Of a DNA stretch of 64,000 nt, positions 9,768 through 20,723 are shown piece after piece; within the stretch, counting starts at the first letter, position 1; the number at the start of each line of letters is the position of its first letter. The notes under the pieces are model-generated. The model did no database searches, was not told the DNA's origin, and saw only the letters and a list, made by a program, of their open reading frames with translations. A program made the translations under genes and the position numbers. The stretch lies in assembly GCF_000026545.1 (NCBI RefSeq), contig NC_011601.1. The stretch is one strand, 5' to 3'. This stretch comes from Escherichia coli O127:H6 str. E2348/69. GTDB lineage: Bacteria; Pseudomonadota; Gammaproteobacteria; Enterobacterales; Enterobacteriaceae.

Positions 9768-10853
9768 TTAAATACTGGCAATACTCTCACGCAAAATCCG
9801 CAGCACCGTCTCTTCACCGCTGCGATTCGGGTTAATGCGAATCGCGCAATGTTCGAGTTGTGGATTCGCCTGACGAAACGTTCCGGAAAGTCGATAAAAG
9901 AGCGGCGGGATTTCATATTTCGACTCTGCACCAACCGGGTAAGGCAAGGCACCGAGTTTCTGCGCCTCTTCCAGCACTCTGGCGGCAATCGGCTGATGAA
10001 ACTCCACAATCAATACCTTCGACTGTGCATTGGCAATGACGGCGCTTTTCACTTCAGACACCGCGCCGCCGTTAAGCAAAGCCAGCAACCGTTCAGATAC
10101 TCCCGCCTGCACCGCATGCATCACCGGCGCAAACACCAGCCCACGCAAGACTTCCAGCGCCTGTGCACCCTGAATCTGGCTGCCGCCGGAATAGAGCGTG
10201 GCGCGAATCCGGCTAATAACATCGGCATCGCCTACCACCACACCAACGCCCTCTGGCCCAAACAGCTTGAAGCAGGAGAATGTCGACACATTCGCCCCGC
10301 ATTCGCAGCCGATTCGCGCTACCTTCATCACCGCATAGTTGTCATCGGTTAACGCTGGAACACCTGCCGCGCGCAACGTTGCCAGCACGTCTGCCAGCAC
10401 ATAGCGGTCCTGCGGCTGCTGGCGCGTATGCTGCACCAGCGCGGCATCAGGTTGTTGCTCGTCAACAACCTGCTTCAGTGCCGACAGATCATTGAAATCA
10501 GCCGTAATGAGCGTTAGCCCCATCTGCTCAATAATAACCCGTGTCGTCGGGTAAACAGGCGCGTCATGCACCAGAAGACGCTGCCCCGATTTGAGCAAAG
10601 CCGCCAGTGCCGCACGGATCGCGCCAGTACCCGCGCCCTGTACCAGCGCCGCGGCCTGTGCGTGAAACGCGTCAGCCAGCACCTGTTCCACACGCTGGGT
10701 AATGCGGGGCTGATTTAGCCCCGGCGTTAAGCCCAAATCACCGCAGGTAAGAAACTCGCAGCCAGGAAAATGACGGCAAATCGTGTCCACCAGCGCAAAC
10801 TGCTTTTGCTGCGCCTCAATAAGCGTCAGGCTTTGCAGAGGAAACGTCTTCAT
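9768..10853 (-). CDS. yhfS: YhfS, putative PLP-dependent enzyme of unknown function, 361 aa
   Basis: ORF 9768..10853 (-), 361 aa; recognised as E. coli YhfS by sequence and by synteny with yhfT..yhfZ; function not established. Confidence 0.85.
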   Translation of the reverse strand: MKTFPLQSLTLIEAQQKQFALVDTICRHFPGCEFLTCGDLGLTPGLNQPRITQRVEQVLADAFHAQAAALVQGAGTGAIRAALAALLKSGQRLLVHDAPVYPTTRVIIEQMGLTLITADFNDLSALKQVVDEQQPDAALVQHTRQQPQDRYVLADVLATLRAAGVPALTDDNYAVMKVARIGCECGANVSTFSCFKLFGPEGVGVVVGDADVISRIRATLYSGGSQIQGAQALEVLRGLVFAPVMHAVQAGVSERLLALLNGGAVSEVKSAVIANAQSKVLIVEFHQPIAARVLEEAQKLGALPYPVGAESKYEIPPLFYRLSGTFRQANPQLEHCAIRINPNRSGEETVLRILRESIASI

Positions 10854-10864
10854 AGGTGCCTTCC

Positions 10865-12169
10865 TTAAGCCGGAACGAACAGGCCAAGCCAGTAAAGAAC
10901 ATTCAGCAGGATGCCGGTGATCATTACTGCTACGACCGGTGCCGCCATTTTCTGTACCGGACGGCCCAGGGATTCGTTGAGGAAGTAAATGGCAACCGCG
11001 ATAGAGAATCCGGTATAGCCCGCCATTTTGATTGCTGCAAAGATCGAACCGACCAGCAACGCCACTTCCATCAGCATATTCATGGCGTTACGGATGTTAT
11101 CCGACGCATTACGTACCGACGGGTAGCGCCCCAACCATTTGCCGATCGAACGAAGCAGCAAGACTTCCGCCGAAATAACCACTGCGCCTAATACCGCTGC
11201 AACCATCAGATTCGGCGAGAGATAGCCCACCGCATAAACAAAGGTAAAGCCCGCAACTGCATACACGCCGGTGGCTAACGCGGTGGTGGCAATCAACGGC
11301 ACAAAACCCAGCCCGCGCATAAATTCTGCCAGTGCCGCCTGGTTGATTAGTGTTTGTGATTGTTCCGGCGTTACGCCTGCGGAGTACGCTTTCTCCAGTG
11401 TGAAGATCGACACTTCACTACCGGCGAAAATCTTCATGCTGGCAACGGCAGCAATCAATGCACCCACGATGGCGATATACGGTAAGTTTTTGATAATCCG
11501 TGATGTACGCTCTTCAAACACCGACATACCGCTGGCATCGATATCATTTTCATCACGATGGCGCAGGTCATGAGTTATTGCGATCCCCAGCAGCATCACC
11601 ATGCCAATAAAGATTTCGATGGATTCAGGGTTAAGATGTGGGAAATAGCGCACTACCACCACACGAGTCATCAGTACCACCACGGCGGCGATCAGACTTT
11701 GCTTCCAGCCAAACTGGTAGAAAATCGCCACCAACGGGAACAGTGCAAAAGCTGAAACCACCGGCGAGCTTAATTCCCCCAGGCTACCTAATACATCCAC
11801 CGGTAGCGCGGTCAGCAGCTGGTTTACTGGCAACAGACAGGTGAGGATCAATATTCCCCAGATAGCACCAAGACCAAACGCCATCAGGCTGTTTATCGCC
11901 AGTACGCCGAGGATATCGGTAGGAAGAAAGAGTAACCATGCGTTGAGCAGCCCGGTTTTCAGGGTAAAAGAGATCCCCACCGAGGCCACAAAACCAATGC
12001 TCAGACCAAAAGCGATACTCCCCGCCTCGCGACGGTTCATATAGCCTTCAATCAGTTGCGGCAGGATCGGGCGGATACCGTCATGAAAAACGGCCGCCGA
12101 GCGATGCGCCAGAAGCGATGTCATACCCGTCAGGCACGCCACCACGATAATCTGAATATACAGATCCAT
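10865..12169 (-). CDS. yhfT: YhfT, polytopic inner-membrane protein (putative transporter), 434 aa
   Basis: ORF 10865..12169 (-), 434 aa, highly hydrophobic with many predicted transmembrane segments. Confidence 0.85.
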   Translation of the reverse strand: MDLYIQIIVVACLTGMTSLLAHRSAAVFHDGIRPILPQLIEGYMNRREAGSIAFGLSIGFVASVGISFTLKTGLLNAWLLFLPTDILGVLAINSLMAFGLGAIWGILILTCLLPVNQLLTALPVDVLGSLGELSSPVVSAFALFPLVAIFYQFGWKQSLIAAVVVLMTRVVVVRYFPHLNPESIEIFIGMVMLLGIAITHDLRHRDENDIDASGMSVFEERTSRIIKNLPYIAIVGALIAAVASMKIFAGSEVSIFTLEKAYSAGVTPEQSQTLINQAALAEFMRGLGFVPLIATTALATGVYAVAGFTFVYAVGYLSPNLMVAAVLGAVVISAEVLLLRSIGKWLGRYPSVRNASDNIRNAMNMLMEVALLVGSIFAAIKMAGYTGFSIAVAIYFLNESLGRPVQKMAAPVVAVMITGILLNVLYWLGLFVPA

Positions 12170-12180
12170 AGTCGTGCCTT

Positions 12181-12534
12181 TTATTTCAGATGGTTAATCA
12201 GCATCGGAATCGCGTGTTCAACGTGCTCAACGGAAAGGCCAAACGCCACTTTTCCTTCAGCGATCATTTTGGCGATATGTTCGTCTTTCGCTTTAATGCC
12301 CGGCTTGGCAATGGTGCAACTTTTGTTATAGCCAATCACCGCGATAGCAATCGACAAGGCCGCGCCCGCACCGGTATTACACGCGCCGATGTAGTAATCC
12401 AGTTGCCCGGATTTCACTTTCATTGCCGCTTCCATGTCGTTGTGAATGAAAACTTCAAAACAGCCAGGAGCCGTCGCTTCAATGGTTTTTTTAATCTGCT
12501 CACGCTGTAAGCCTGCAACGCCAATCTTTTTCAT
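12181..12534 (-). CDS. yhfU: YhfU, small conserved protein of unknown function (about 117 aa from the MKKIGVAG start)
   Basis: ORF track gives 12181..12573 (130 aa); the start at 12534 is chosen by gene spacing (stop of php at 12545) and is uncertain. Confidence 0.75.
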   Translation of the reverse strand: MKKIGVAGLQREQIKKTIEATAPGCFEVFIHNDMEAAMKVKSGQLDYYIGACNTGAGAALSIAIAVIGYNKSCTIAKPGIKAKDEHIAKMIAEGKVAFGLSVEHVEHAIPMLINHLK

Positions 12535-12544
12535 GAGTCTGTCC

Positions 12545-13423
12545 TTATTGGAAAAATTGAGAGGGATTTTCACGTAACATCACATCCACATCGGCCTGAC
12601 TGAATCCTGACTGGCGCAATTGCGGAATAAAAGTGGTCAATAAAAAGTCATAGCCATAACCACCGTTGGCTTTTAAATGAGAGCGCCGCGTAATATCCAT
12701 CGACAGCATGACGCGATTCAGCACCCCACGGTCACGTAGCGCATGGAGCATCGCAATGCGCTTTTCGTCCGGGTAGTAACTGTTCTTGCCGATGGTGTCG
12801 AACTGCACATACGCGCCGAGATCGATCATCTTCAAAATGTTGTCGAGATTGTCTTTCAGATCGCAGTGGCCGACGGTGACGCGCGAAAGATCAACTCCGT
12901 GGGCTTGCAACAGAGCCAGTTGCTCCAGCCCCATCGTGCTGAACGACGTATGCGTGGAGATCGGGCGTCCGGTCTGGTTATGTGCCAGCGCGGCGGCAAT
13001 AAACACCTTCTCTTCCAGCGACGTAATCTTCCCTTCGCTGGAGCCGATCTCCGCGATAATTCCGGCTTTCAGGTCAGTGCCATCGATACCCTGCTCAATT
13101 TCATCGACCATCTCCTGCGCCAGTTCCTGCACGCTGCGGGTCGCCACATGTTCCGGGAAAAACGCGTCCTGGTAATAACCGGTACAGGCCACCACGTTGA
13201 TCCCGGTTTCGCGCATTACATCGAGCATAAATTGCGCATTGCGCCCCATGTAACGGTTGGTCATCTCAATCACATTACGCACGCCCCGGGCCATCAGGTC
13301 GTTCATCTCCTGGCAAATGAACGCATACTGATCAAGGCGGCAGTCCACGTTGTTTTTAAAGCCGGAAAGATCAATATGCAGATGCTCATGGGCGAGCGTG
13401 TAGCCCGTCGGATCAAAACTCAT
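12545..13423 (-). CDS. php: Phosphotriesterase homology protein Php (amidohydrolase-superfamily binuclear metal hydrolase), 292 aa
   Basis: ORF 12545..13423 (-), 292 aa; N-terminal HxH metal-ligand motif ([11 protein letters not shown]) typical of the amidohydrolase/PTE fold. Confidence 0.9.
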   Translation of the reverse strand: MSFDPTGYTLAHEHLHIDLSGFKNNVDCRLDQYAFICQEMNDLMARGVRNVIEMTNRYMGRNAQFMLDVMRETGINVVACTGYYQDAFFPEHVATRSVQELAQEMVDEIEQGIDGTDLKAGIIAEIGSSEGKITSLEEKVFIAAALAHNQTGRPISTHTSFSTMGLEQLALLQAHGVDLSRVTVGHCDLKDNLDNILKMIDLGAYVQFDTIGKNSYYPDEKRIAMLHALRDRGVLNRVMLSMDITRRSHLKANGGYGYDFLLTTFIPQLRQSGFSQADVDVMLRENPSQFFQ

Positions 13424-14646
13424 AGGGTGTCTCCTGCAAACCGGAAGGAGGAAAGAAAAGAGCGACCATTTTGTGGCGGTGGCGCACGGAAAAATTCACA
13501 CACGGTAGCCCCCACATCAGAAAGCGTGGTGCGCACACCGAGCTGCGTAGCGACCAGTCCTTGCTGATAAACCAGCACTGGCACCACTTCGCGGGTATGG
13601 TGGCTGTGACCAATGGTCGGATCGTTACCGTGATCCGCCATCACGACCAGGCAATCATCTGGCTGCATCGCCTCAACAAGCCGGGCAAGGTTACGGTCAA
13701 CGACCTGCAAACGTTCGGCATAACGTGCGACGTCTTCTGCATGACCAGCGAGGTCGGTTTCCTGGATATTGGTACAAATAAACGCCGTCGGATAGGTGTT
13801 AAATTCGTTGAGGGTGATATCCATAATCCGCTGGCTATCCACCAGGTTTTGCCAGCTCACGCCATAAGGATTGCTGACGATATCTGCCACCTTACCCACC
13901 AGCACGGTTGGCACGCCCGCTTCATACAGTTTTTGCGGCACCTGCACTTTTTCATCGACACCGTAGCCCATATGTACGACCTGGAAACCGTTGTCATAGG
14001 CGCCAGAACGCGGCGCATTGATGCCAATAAAGCGCCCTTCTTTGCTTTCTGCGGCATCGAGGATGCGCTGGCTGTCGGTTAACAGGCCACCAAATGTAAT
14101 GACCCGACCGACCTGTACCTGCTCACGCACGATACGACCCATTTTGATTGCGTCGTCAAAAGAGATCACAGAGAGATTGGCGGTGATGTTATAGACCTGG
14201 CCTAAATCCGCCTCGAGATTATCGCCAATCGCAACCGCCTGATTGACCCACAGAAATTGCAGATCATCGCCACGACGCTCAACCTGCCAGCCAGCGGAAA
14301 CTAATGCCTGCTCAACACGGTCAATCACATCACGAAAGGGCATCCGCAGCGGCGGTAATGGGCGCGTACCTAAAATCTCCTGATGCCCCATAAAGGTATC
14401 GCCACCTTCATGTTGCAGCTCTGCCACGCCCCAGGTTGCGGAGTCTGACGGCTGCATATCGCCAGGCGCATAACCCAATGCGTTGATTAGCCCCAGCGTC
14501 TCCAGCGTTGGTAGCTGCAAATGCGGCAACTGGCTCAGGATATGACCACAGGTATTCGCCCCGGCATCCTGCGGACGCACCAACGTGACATCTTTCATTG
14601 CCCCTACGCCAAAGCTATCAATCACTAACACCACAAATCGCGCCAT
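13420..14646 (-). CDS. yhfW: YhfW, phosphopentomutase-like / alkaline-phosphatase-superfamily metalloenzyme, 408 aa
   Basis: ORF 13420..14646 (-), 408 aa; stop overlaps the php start (translational coupling). Confidence 0.85.
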   Translation of the reverse strand: MARFVVLVIDSFGVGAMKDVTLVRPQDAGANTCGHILSQLPHLQLPTLETLGLINALGYAPGDMQPSDSATWGVAELQHEGGDTFMGHQEILGTRPLPPLRMPFRDVIDRVEQALVSAGWQVERRGDDLQFLWVNQAVAIGDNLEADLGQVYNITANLSVISFDDAIKMGRIVREQVQVGRVITFGGLLTDSQRILDAAESKEGRFIGINAPRSGAYDNGFQVVHMGYGVDEKVQVPQKLYEAGVPTVLVGKVADIVSNPYGVSWQNLVDSQRIMDITLNEFNTYPTAFICTNIQETDLAGHAEDVARYAERLQVVDRNLARLVEAMQPDDCLVVMADHGNDPTIGHSHHTREVVPVLVYQQGLVATQLGVRTTLSDVGATVCEFFRAPPPQNGRSFLSSFRFAGDTL

Positions 14647-15810
14647 TTACGCCTCCAGAGGGTTGCCGAGGCTGTCATAACGACCAACTATTTCTGGTTC
14701 GCCATGGTGAATACCGGACACCAGCACCACATCGCTACGGGTGATAAAAATCTGCGTGCGAAAACAGAGCACCACTGCACTACTTACCGGATGCTCGCCT
14801 GCCAGCGGCAGGGTGTAGTCGATACTGCTGTCATCAACGGCGTTGAGATATGTTTCAGTAATTCTTTGATTTTCTGGCGTAAACACCAGCGCATGTTGCG
14901 CGTGACCACGACGGTAGTAACCGCCGCCGTAGCAGTAGCTGTCGCCACGGAAATGATGGGAGATTTCACTTAACCAGAGCATCGCGATACGTTCAGGCTG
15001 ATCGCCCTGTTGATTTGCCGGAATAGTACCCGTCAGCGCATGACCGGGTTCGGTATGAGTCACACCGTATTCCGCCAGCAATGGCAGCGACGTGCAGCTG
15101 GTCGCTGAAGGCGCGTTCAGTTGCTCAATCGCAATACCAGATTTCGCCAGTTGATCCCGTGCTTGTACCAGCGTGTGAAGATTCGGTGTCGGCAAAACTT
15201 TCCCGGCAGCCTCATCCCAAAGCAGGCAAGGGAAATGGGTAAGTCCCGCCAAATGTAGCCCCGGCAGATTCTGGATTTCAGCAACCACCTCGTGCAGCGA
15301 ATGCTGTACAAAACCGCTCTCCTGCCCCGGATAAAGAAAATCATCGTCGCTATAAACTTTGAGCAGCACAGACTGCACACGTCCGGTCTTCACCGCTGCC
15401 GCAGAAATTTCCCGCGCTTTGTCGAGGGTAAACACAGTGATGACGTCGGTTCCCTGTTCAACGGCGTCAGAAACCTGATGACAAGGGATTTGTACCAGAT
15501 GCCCCTGATGCGCTACCGGCAAACCGGCGCGGCGCATGACTCGCGCCTCTTTGTAATCCACCGCCACAATGCCGCTGTAGCCCAGAGCCAGCAGTTTTTC
15601 TGCCAGCCACGGATTACGACCGAATTGTTTGGTCATCAGATACAGTTCAATGCCGTAAAGCCGCGCCGTCTCAATCAGCCGCTTGCCGTTTTCCAGAACT
15701 TGATCCACGTCGATCACCCAACTGTCCGGGGCGATCTTGCCCTGCTGCCACAAACTTAGTGCGGCGGAAATCAGCGCCGGGTTCTGGCGTTTCAATGCTT
15801 CTACAAACAT
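14647..15810 (-). CDS. yhfX: YhfX, alanine-racemase-fold (PLP-binding TIM barrel) protein of unknown function, 387 aa
   Basis: ORF 14647..15810 (-), 387 aa; abuts the yhfW start. Confidence 0.85.
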   Translation of the reverse strand: MFVEALKRQNPALISAALSLWQQGKIAPDSWVIDVDQVLENGKRLIETARLYGIELYLMTKQFGRNPWLAEKLLALGYSGIVAVDYKEARVMRRAGLPVAHQGHLVQIPCHQVSDAVEQGTDVITVFTLDKAREISAAAVKTGRVQSVLLKVYSDDDFLYPGQESGFVQHSLHEVVAEIQNLPGLHLAGLTHFPCLLWDEAAGKVLPTPNLHTLVQARDQLAKSGIAIEQLNAPSATSCTSLPLLAEYGVTHTEPGHALTGTIPANQQGDQPERIAMLWLSEISHHFRGDSYCYGGGYYRRGHAQHALVFTPENQRITETYLNAVDDSSIDYTLPLAGEHPVSSAVVLCFRTQIFITRSDVVLVSGIHHGEPEIVGRYDSLGNPLEA

Positions 15811-15893
15811 CTTGTTGCCTCGTTTCTGTTCCTTGAATTAAATATTCATTTTTTTGAATATTTAGGTTGTACGACGTGGATTTATCGGGAGCT

Positions 15894-16256
15894 TCAAACC
15901 TCTTCGTTAGCAGCCATCCATAATCCATAAAGGTTGGCCAGCAAATAGCCTTCTTCACACGGGTTAACTTCCAGTGCAAATTCCTTCAACAACACCTGAT
16001 GCAATTGCACAACGGCTTGCCAGTGGCTGGATTGCGCCAGTTCCGCCAGCAATTCATCATCCAGCGGCTCTATTTCTTCACCACGGCGACTGCGCATCAG
16101 TGCACTCGCCATATGTGTCATCGCCATCGTTCCTTGCTCACTGCGCACCGGTAGATGGCACTCTGTTTCCAGTACATTGACGACCTGCATCATGCCTTTG
16201 CAAATGTCCTTATCAATAACGCCTGCATCGCAAAGCAGGTTGAGTCTGGTTTCCAT
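15894..16256 (-). CDS. yhfY: YhfY, small protein of unknown function (about 120 aa from METRLNLL)
   Basis: ORF track 15894..16298 (134 aa); the internal Met start at 16256 is chosen to avoid overlap with the yhfZ stop at 16273; start uncertain. Confidence 0.7.
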   Translation of the reverse strand: METRLNLLCDAGVIDKDICKGMMQVVNVLETECHLPVRSEQGTMAMTHMASALMRSRRGEEIEPLDDELLAELAQSSHWQAVVQLHQVLLKEFALEVNPCEEGYLLANLYGLWMAANEEV

Positions 16257-16272
16257 ATCAGATGCCTTTCGT

Positions 16273-17178
16273 TTAATAACTGGGTTCCTGTTCCCCACTG
16301 ACTACTCGCTGTTGATGAGCAAGCAGGGCATGTTTATCAACAACTGCACGCAGCAGTTGTTGCATTGGGTAATCATCGACTCGCGTCAGGACCACGGCTT
16401 CGGTGGCCTGTAAAAATCGCGGATCGTCTGTGAGCGGCGTCGCTTCTAATCCCAGCATGGTCAGTTCGTTTTCCGCCACTACGTTCCAGATAACCGCGTC
16501 AACATCGCCTTTAACAATGCGTTGTAAACTCTCGTGATAAGAGAGATCGACTCGTTCCACATCACTATCGCCAAAAAAGACATCGGTCATGATTTTCTGA
16601 TCCGCCGAACGGTTATCCAGCCCCACGCGCTTCACGTTTGCGGACTCGCCTTTACGGCAAATCAACTGGTGCTCGCCAACGTAGGTATGCGGTCCCAACT
16701 CCAGCGCGAGGCATAATCCTTTTTGCGTGAGATAACTTTCCGCCGCCAGTCGCGAAACCACCGCCATGTCATACACGCCATTAAGTAAACACTCCACGCG
16801 AATATCCGCGCCGCGCATATGCGCATAGTAAAAAGGAATGCCATCAAACTGGGCTTTCAATCCGCTCGCCAGGCCTTCGTACAAACGGGTATAGGGCAAG
16901 GGCATCGCACATACCACGTTGTTGATATCCACATGAGTCAGCAATGCGTTGTTATCCATCTCGACCAGATAACTGCCATTGCGCCCACGGCGTTCAATCC
17001 GTATCGCTCCGCTTGATTCCAGCGTTTTCAACGCGGCCTGCGTCAGGCCAACCGATGAACGGCATTCAGTTGCCAGCTCATCTATGGTTTTCAGTCGATT
17101 ACCGCACTTTTCACCCAACAAATAACGGGCCAGTGTCGTGATAACGACGCCTTCTTTTTTGATAAACGTTCGACGCAT
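16273..17178 (-). CDS. yhfZ: YhfZ, putative DNA-binding transcriptional regulator (N-terminal winged HTH), 301 aa
   Basis: ORF 16273..17178 (-), 301 aa; N-terminus TLARYLLGEKCGNRLKTIDELATECRSSVGLTQAALKTLESSGAIRIERRG resembles a GntR-like winged HTH; first gene of the yhfZ..yhfS same-strand cluster. Confidence 0.85.
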   Translation of the reverse strand: MRRTFIKKEGVVITTLARYLLGEKCGNRLKTIDELATECRSSVGLTQAALKTLESSGAIRIERRGRNGSYLVEMDNNALLTHVDINNVVCAMPLPYTRLYEGLASGLKAQFDGIPFYYAHMRGADIRVECLLNGVYDMAVVSRLAAESYLTQKGLCLALELGPHTYVGEHQLICRKGESANVKRVGLDNRSADQKIMTDVFFGDSDVERVDLSYHESLQRIVKGDVDAVIWNVVAENELTMLGLEATPLTDDPRFLQATEAVVLTRVDDYPMQQLLRAVVDKHALLAHQQRVVSGEQEPSY

Positions 17179-17295
17179 AATATATTTTCAATAAAATGAA
17201 TGTTTATATCTTCAGGAATTTGAAGATAAGGCGCAACAGCGAGATGTGGAAACGGCGAGGCGCTTCACATTTTTTCGGATTATTGCAAATGAGGA

Positions 17296-17322
17296 TAAAA
17301 AAACCGGGTTTCCCCGGTTTTT
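17296..17322 (-). terminator. Rho-independent terminator after trpS (symmetric hairpin flanked by A and T runs)
   Basis: aaaaaaa-ccgggtttccccgg-ttttt; read on the minus strand this is a hairpin followed by a U-run immediately after the trpS stop (17338). Confidence 0.8.
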
Positions 17323-17337
17323 GGCATTAATGTTAAA

Positions 17338-18342
17338 TTACGGCTTCGCCACAAAACCAATCGCTTCGTACACCGCTTTTAGCGTACGGGAAGCGTGTGC
17401 GCTGGCTTTTTCTGCGCCGTCTTTCATCACCTGTTGCAGGAAGGCTTCATCATTGCGGAAACGGTGGTAACGTTCCTGCAATTCAGTCAGCATACCGGAA
17501 ACGGCATCAGCCACTTCACCTTTCAGATGACCATACATCTTGCCTTCGAACTGTTTTTCCAGTTCCGGGATGCTCTGGCCCGTTACCGCAGAAAGGATAT
17601 CCAGCAGGTTGGAAACGCCCGCTTTGTTCTGCACATCGTAGCGAACTACCGGCGGCTCGTCGGAGTCAGTGACCGCGCGTTTGATTTTCTTCACGACCGA
17701 TTTCGGATCTTCCAGCAGGCCGATAACGTTATTGCGGTTATCGTCAGACTTGGACATTTTCTTGGTCGGCTCCAGCAGCGACATTACGCGCGCGCCAGAT
17801 TTCGGAATAAACGGCTCTGGCACCTTAAAGATATCGCCGTACAGCGCGTTGAAACGCTGGGCGATATCGCGGCTCAGTTCCAGGTGCTGTTTCTGGTCTT
17901 CACCCACCGGCACCAGATTAGTTTGATACAGCAGGATGTCCGCAGCCATCAGCACCGGATAGTCAAACAGACCAGCGTTGATGTTCTCGGCATAACGCGC
18001 AGATTTATCTTTAAACTGCGTCATGCGGCTCAGTTCGCCGAAGTAGGTATAGCAGTTCAGTGCCCAGCCTAACTGCGCATGTTCCGGCACGTGGGACTGA
18101 ACAAAAATGGTGCTTTTCTCAGGATCGATACCACAAGCCAGATACAACGCCAGCGTATCCAGCGTCGCTTTACGCAGCTTCTGTGCATCCTGGCGCACGG
18201 TGATCGCGTGTTGGTCAACGATACAGTAAATGCAATGGTAGTCATCCTGCATGTTTACCCACTGACGCAGCGCACCCATGTAGTTACCAATGGTCAATTC
18301 ACCTGAGGGCTGTGCGCCACTAAAAACGATGGGCTTAGTCAT
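17338..18342 (-). CDS. trpS: Tryptophan--tRNA ligase TrpS, 334 aa
   Basis: ORF 17338..18342 (-), 334 aa; class-I aaRS HIGH-type motif (TIGNYMG) and KMSKS motif present. Confidence 0.96.
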   Translation of the reverse strand: MTKPIVFSGAQPSGELTIGNYMGALRQWVNMQDDYHCIYCIVDQHAITVRQDAQKLRKATLDTLALYLACGIDPEKSTIFVQSHVPEHAQLGWALNCYTYFGELSRMTQFKDKSARYAENINAGLFDYPVLMAADILLYQTNLVPVGEDQKQHLELSRDIAQRFNALYGDIFKVPEPFIPKSGARVMSLLEPTKKMSKSDDNRNNVIGLLEDPKSVVKKIKRAVTDSDEPPVVRYDVQNKAGVSNLLDILSAVTGQSIPELEKQFEGKMYGHLKGEVADAVSGMLTELQERYHRFRNDEAFLQQVMKDGAEKASAHASRTLKAVYEAIGFVAKP

Positions 18343-19093
18343 TTTTCGATTCCTGATTTTCGCTATGCGGAAGCCCTAATGCGGGCAGAAGGTCATTTAT
18401 AGACTGATAAATTACATCAGGCTGGCTGAGATCGATAGCCTCGCCGTAGTTATATCCGTAGGTTAAGCCAACTGATGGGCAACCTGCCGCTTTTGCCGCC
18501 TGAATATCATTGCGTGAGTCGCCGACAAACAGCATCTGTTGTGGGGCAATTCCCATCCGCTCAGCCACCAGTAGCAGCGGGTCCGGGTGCGGTTTTTTAT
18601 TTTGCACATCATCACCACCAATCACCACGCTGAAGTATTTGGCGATATCTAAGACTTCGAGCAGCGGCGCGACGAACGGCGTCGGTTTGTTGGTGACCAA
18701 GCCTAGCGGCAGGCCTTTAGCCTGCAACGCGCCCAACGTATCGGCAACATGCGGGAACAAAAACGTCCCCTCTTCGGCAACCTCGCCATAGTAGCGATCG
18801 AACAGTTTACGCAGAATACGTACCTGTTCTTCTGCCGGAATGTCGTCATCAACGGGCGGTTTACCCATTGTTTTACGCAGAGTCGCACGTTCCTGACGCG
18901 CCCAGGTCAATGCGCGCTCCATCAGAATATCTGCGCCGTTACCAATCCAGGTAATAACGCGTTCTTCACCTGCGACAGGCAACTCCAGCGCATACAGCGC
19001 CATATCTACCGCAGCAGCAAGACCGGGTGCACTGTCAACCAGCGTACCGTCGAGATCAAAAGCGACGCCGCGAATATCTTCAAACTTATTCAT
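18335..19093 (-). CDS. gph: Phosphoglycolate phosphatase Gph (HAD superfamily), 252 aa
   Basis: ORF 18335..19093 (-), 252 aa; HAD motif I ([12 protein letters not shown]); overlaps the trpS start. Confidence 0.95.
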   Translation of the reverse strand: MNKFEDIRGVAFDLDGTLVDSAPGLAAAVDMALYALELPVAGEERVITWIGNGADILMERALTWARQERATLRKTMGKPPVDDDIPAEEQVRILRKLFDRYYGEVAEEGTFLFPHVADTLGALQAKGLPLGLVTNKPTPFVAPLLEVLDIAKYFSVVIGGDDVQNKKPHPDPLLLVAERMGIAPQQMLFVGDSRNDIQAAKAAGCPSVGLTYGYNYGEAIDLSQPDVIYQSINDLLPALGLPHSENQESKND

Positions 19094-19763
19094 GACTTAC
19101 CTTTGCCAGTTCACTGCGCATTTCATCAATGACTTTTTTGTAGTCTGGCTGGTCGAAGATTGCCGAACCAGCAACAAACATATCCGCGCCCGCCGCAGCG
19201 ATTTCGCCAATGTTGTTCACCTTCACGCCACCGTCCACTTCCAGTCGAATGTCAAAGCCAGACTCGTCGATACGACGACGTACTTCGCGCAGTTTATCCA
19301 GTGTTTGAGGAATGAAAGACTGACCGCCGAAACCAGGATTGACGGACATCAGCAGGATCACATCCAGCTTATCCATCACGTAATCCAGATAACTCAGAGG
19401 TGTCGCCGGGTTAAATACCAGACCCGCTTTACAGCCATTTTCTTTAATCAGTTGCAGCGTGCGGTCAACATGCTCGGAGGCTTCTGGATGAAAGGTAATG
19501 ATGCTGGCACCAGCGGCAGCGAAATCAGGCACAATGCGATCGACGGGTTTCACCATCAGATGTACGTCGATAGGGGCGGTAATGCCGTAGTTACGCAAGG
19601 ATTTCAGCACCATTGGCCCAATCGTCAGATTGGGAACATAGTGGTTATCCATGACATCAAAATGCACGACATCAGCGCCAGCTGCCAGGGCTTTTGCGGT
19701 ATCTTCACCCAGGCGGGCAAAATCAGCCGACAGAATTGAGGGGGCAATCAAATACTGTTTCAT
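19086..19763 (-). CDS. rpe: Ribulose-phosphate 3-epimerase Rpe, 225 aa
   Basis: ORF 19086..19763 (-), 225 aa ([22 protein letters not shown]...). Confidence 0.96.
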   Translation of the reverse strand: MKQYLIAPSILSADFARLGEDTAKALAAGADVVHFDVMDNHYVPNLTIGPMVLKSLRNYGITAPIDVHLMVKPVDRIVPDFAAAGASIITFHPEASEHVDRTLQLIKENGCKAGLVFNPATPLSYLDYVMDKLDVILLMSVNPGFGGQSFIPQTLDKLREVRRRIDESGFDIRLEVDGGVKVNNIGEIAAAGADMFVAGSAIFDQPDYKKVIDEMRSELAKVSHE

Positions 19764-19780
19764 CCGCTTCTCCTTGAGAA

Positions 19781-20617
19781 TTATTTTTTCGCGGGTGAAA
19801 CGACTCCTGGTTTGTACAAAGCCAGCAGTTCGTCCACCTTTTTACGTGTGCCGCCGTTGCTGCTTATACTGCGTCGAACTTTGACGACATGCAATTTTGC
19901 GCGCTGATACCACTCACGCGTTAACATCGTATCGTGATTGGAGATCAGCACTGGAATATGGCGATCAACCAGACCTTCAGCGATCTCCGCCAGATGCGCT
20001 TGTTGTTCAAGCGTAAAACTGTTTGTGTGATAAGCCGTAAAGTTGGCAGTCGCAGACAGCGGCGCATAAGGCGGATCGCAATAGACGACAGATGCATCAT
20101 CTGCGCGCGCCATGCTATCGGCGTAAGACTCACAATAGAAAAAGGCATTCTGCGCTTTTTCAGCGAAGTGATACAACTCTGCTTCCGGGAAATAGGGTTT
20201 TTTGTAGCGGCCAAACGGCACGTTAAACTCACCGCGCAGATTGTAACGACACAGGCCGTTGTAACCGTAGCGGTTCAAATATAAAAACAGTACCGCCCGA
20301 CGGAACGGATCCTGGCTTTTGTTGAACTCTTCGCGGAACTGATAGTAAACCTCGGCGCAATTTGTTTCGGGAACAAACAGCTCGCGTGCGGCCTGTACGT
20401 ACTCATCAGTACGCATCTTCACAATGTTATAGAGACTGATCAGGTCGCTATTGATATCGGCAAGGATATAACGAGAAAAGTCGGTGTTGAGAAACACCGA
20501 CCCGGCACCTACAAAAGGCTCAACCAGACATTCGCCCTTGGGCAAATGCCGTTTAATATCATCAAGCAGGGGATACTTGCCCCCTGCCCACTTCAAAAAA
20601 GCGCGATTTTTCTTCAT
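19781..20617 (-). CDS. dam: DNA adenine methyltransferase Dam (GATC N6-adenine MTase), 278 aa
   Basis: ORF 19781..20617 (-), 278 aa; [19 protein letters not shown]-terminus and DPPY catalytic motif ([10 protein letters not shown]). Confidence 0.96.
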   Translation of the reverse strand: MKKNRAFLKWAGGKYPLLDDIKRHLPKGECLVEPFVGAGSVFLNTDFSRYILADINSDLISLYNIVKMRTDEYVQAARELFVPETNCAEVYYQFREEFNKSQDPFRRAVLFLYLNRYGYNGLCRYNLRGEFNVPFGRYKKPYFPEAELYHFAEKAQNAFFYCESYADSMARADDASVVYCDPPYAPLSATANFTAYHTNSFTLEQQAHLAEIAEGLVDRHIPVLISNHDTMLTREWYQRAKLHVVKVRRSISSNGGTRKKVDELLALYKPGVVSPAKK

Positions 20618-20723
20618 GCTGACTAACTAATTACACCTTCTCCGGCTGTGGAGAAAGCTCCGACAGCATCCAGCGCTTCAGGCAACTCCCGCGATGATAA
20701 ACCATTGCGGGAGATAACCTTGA

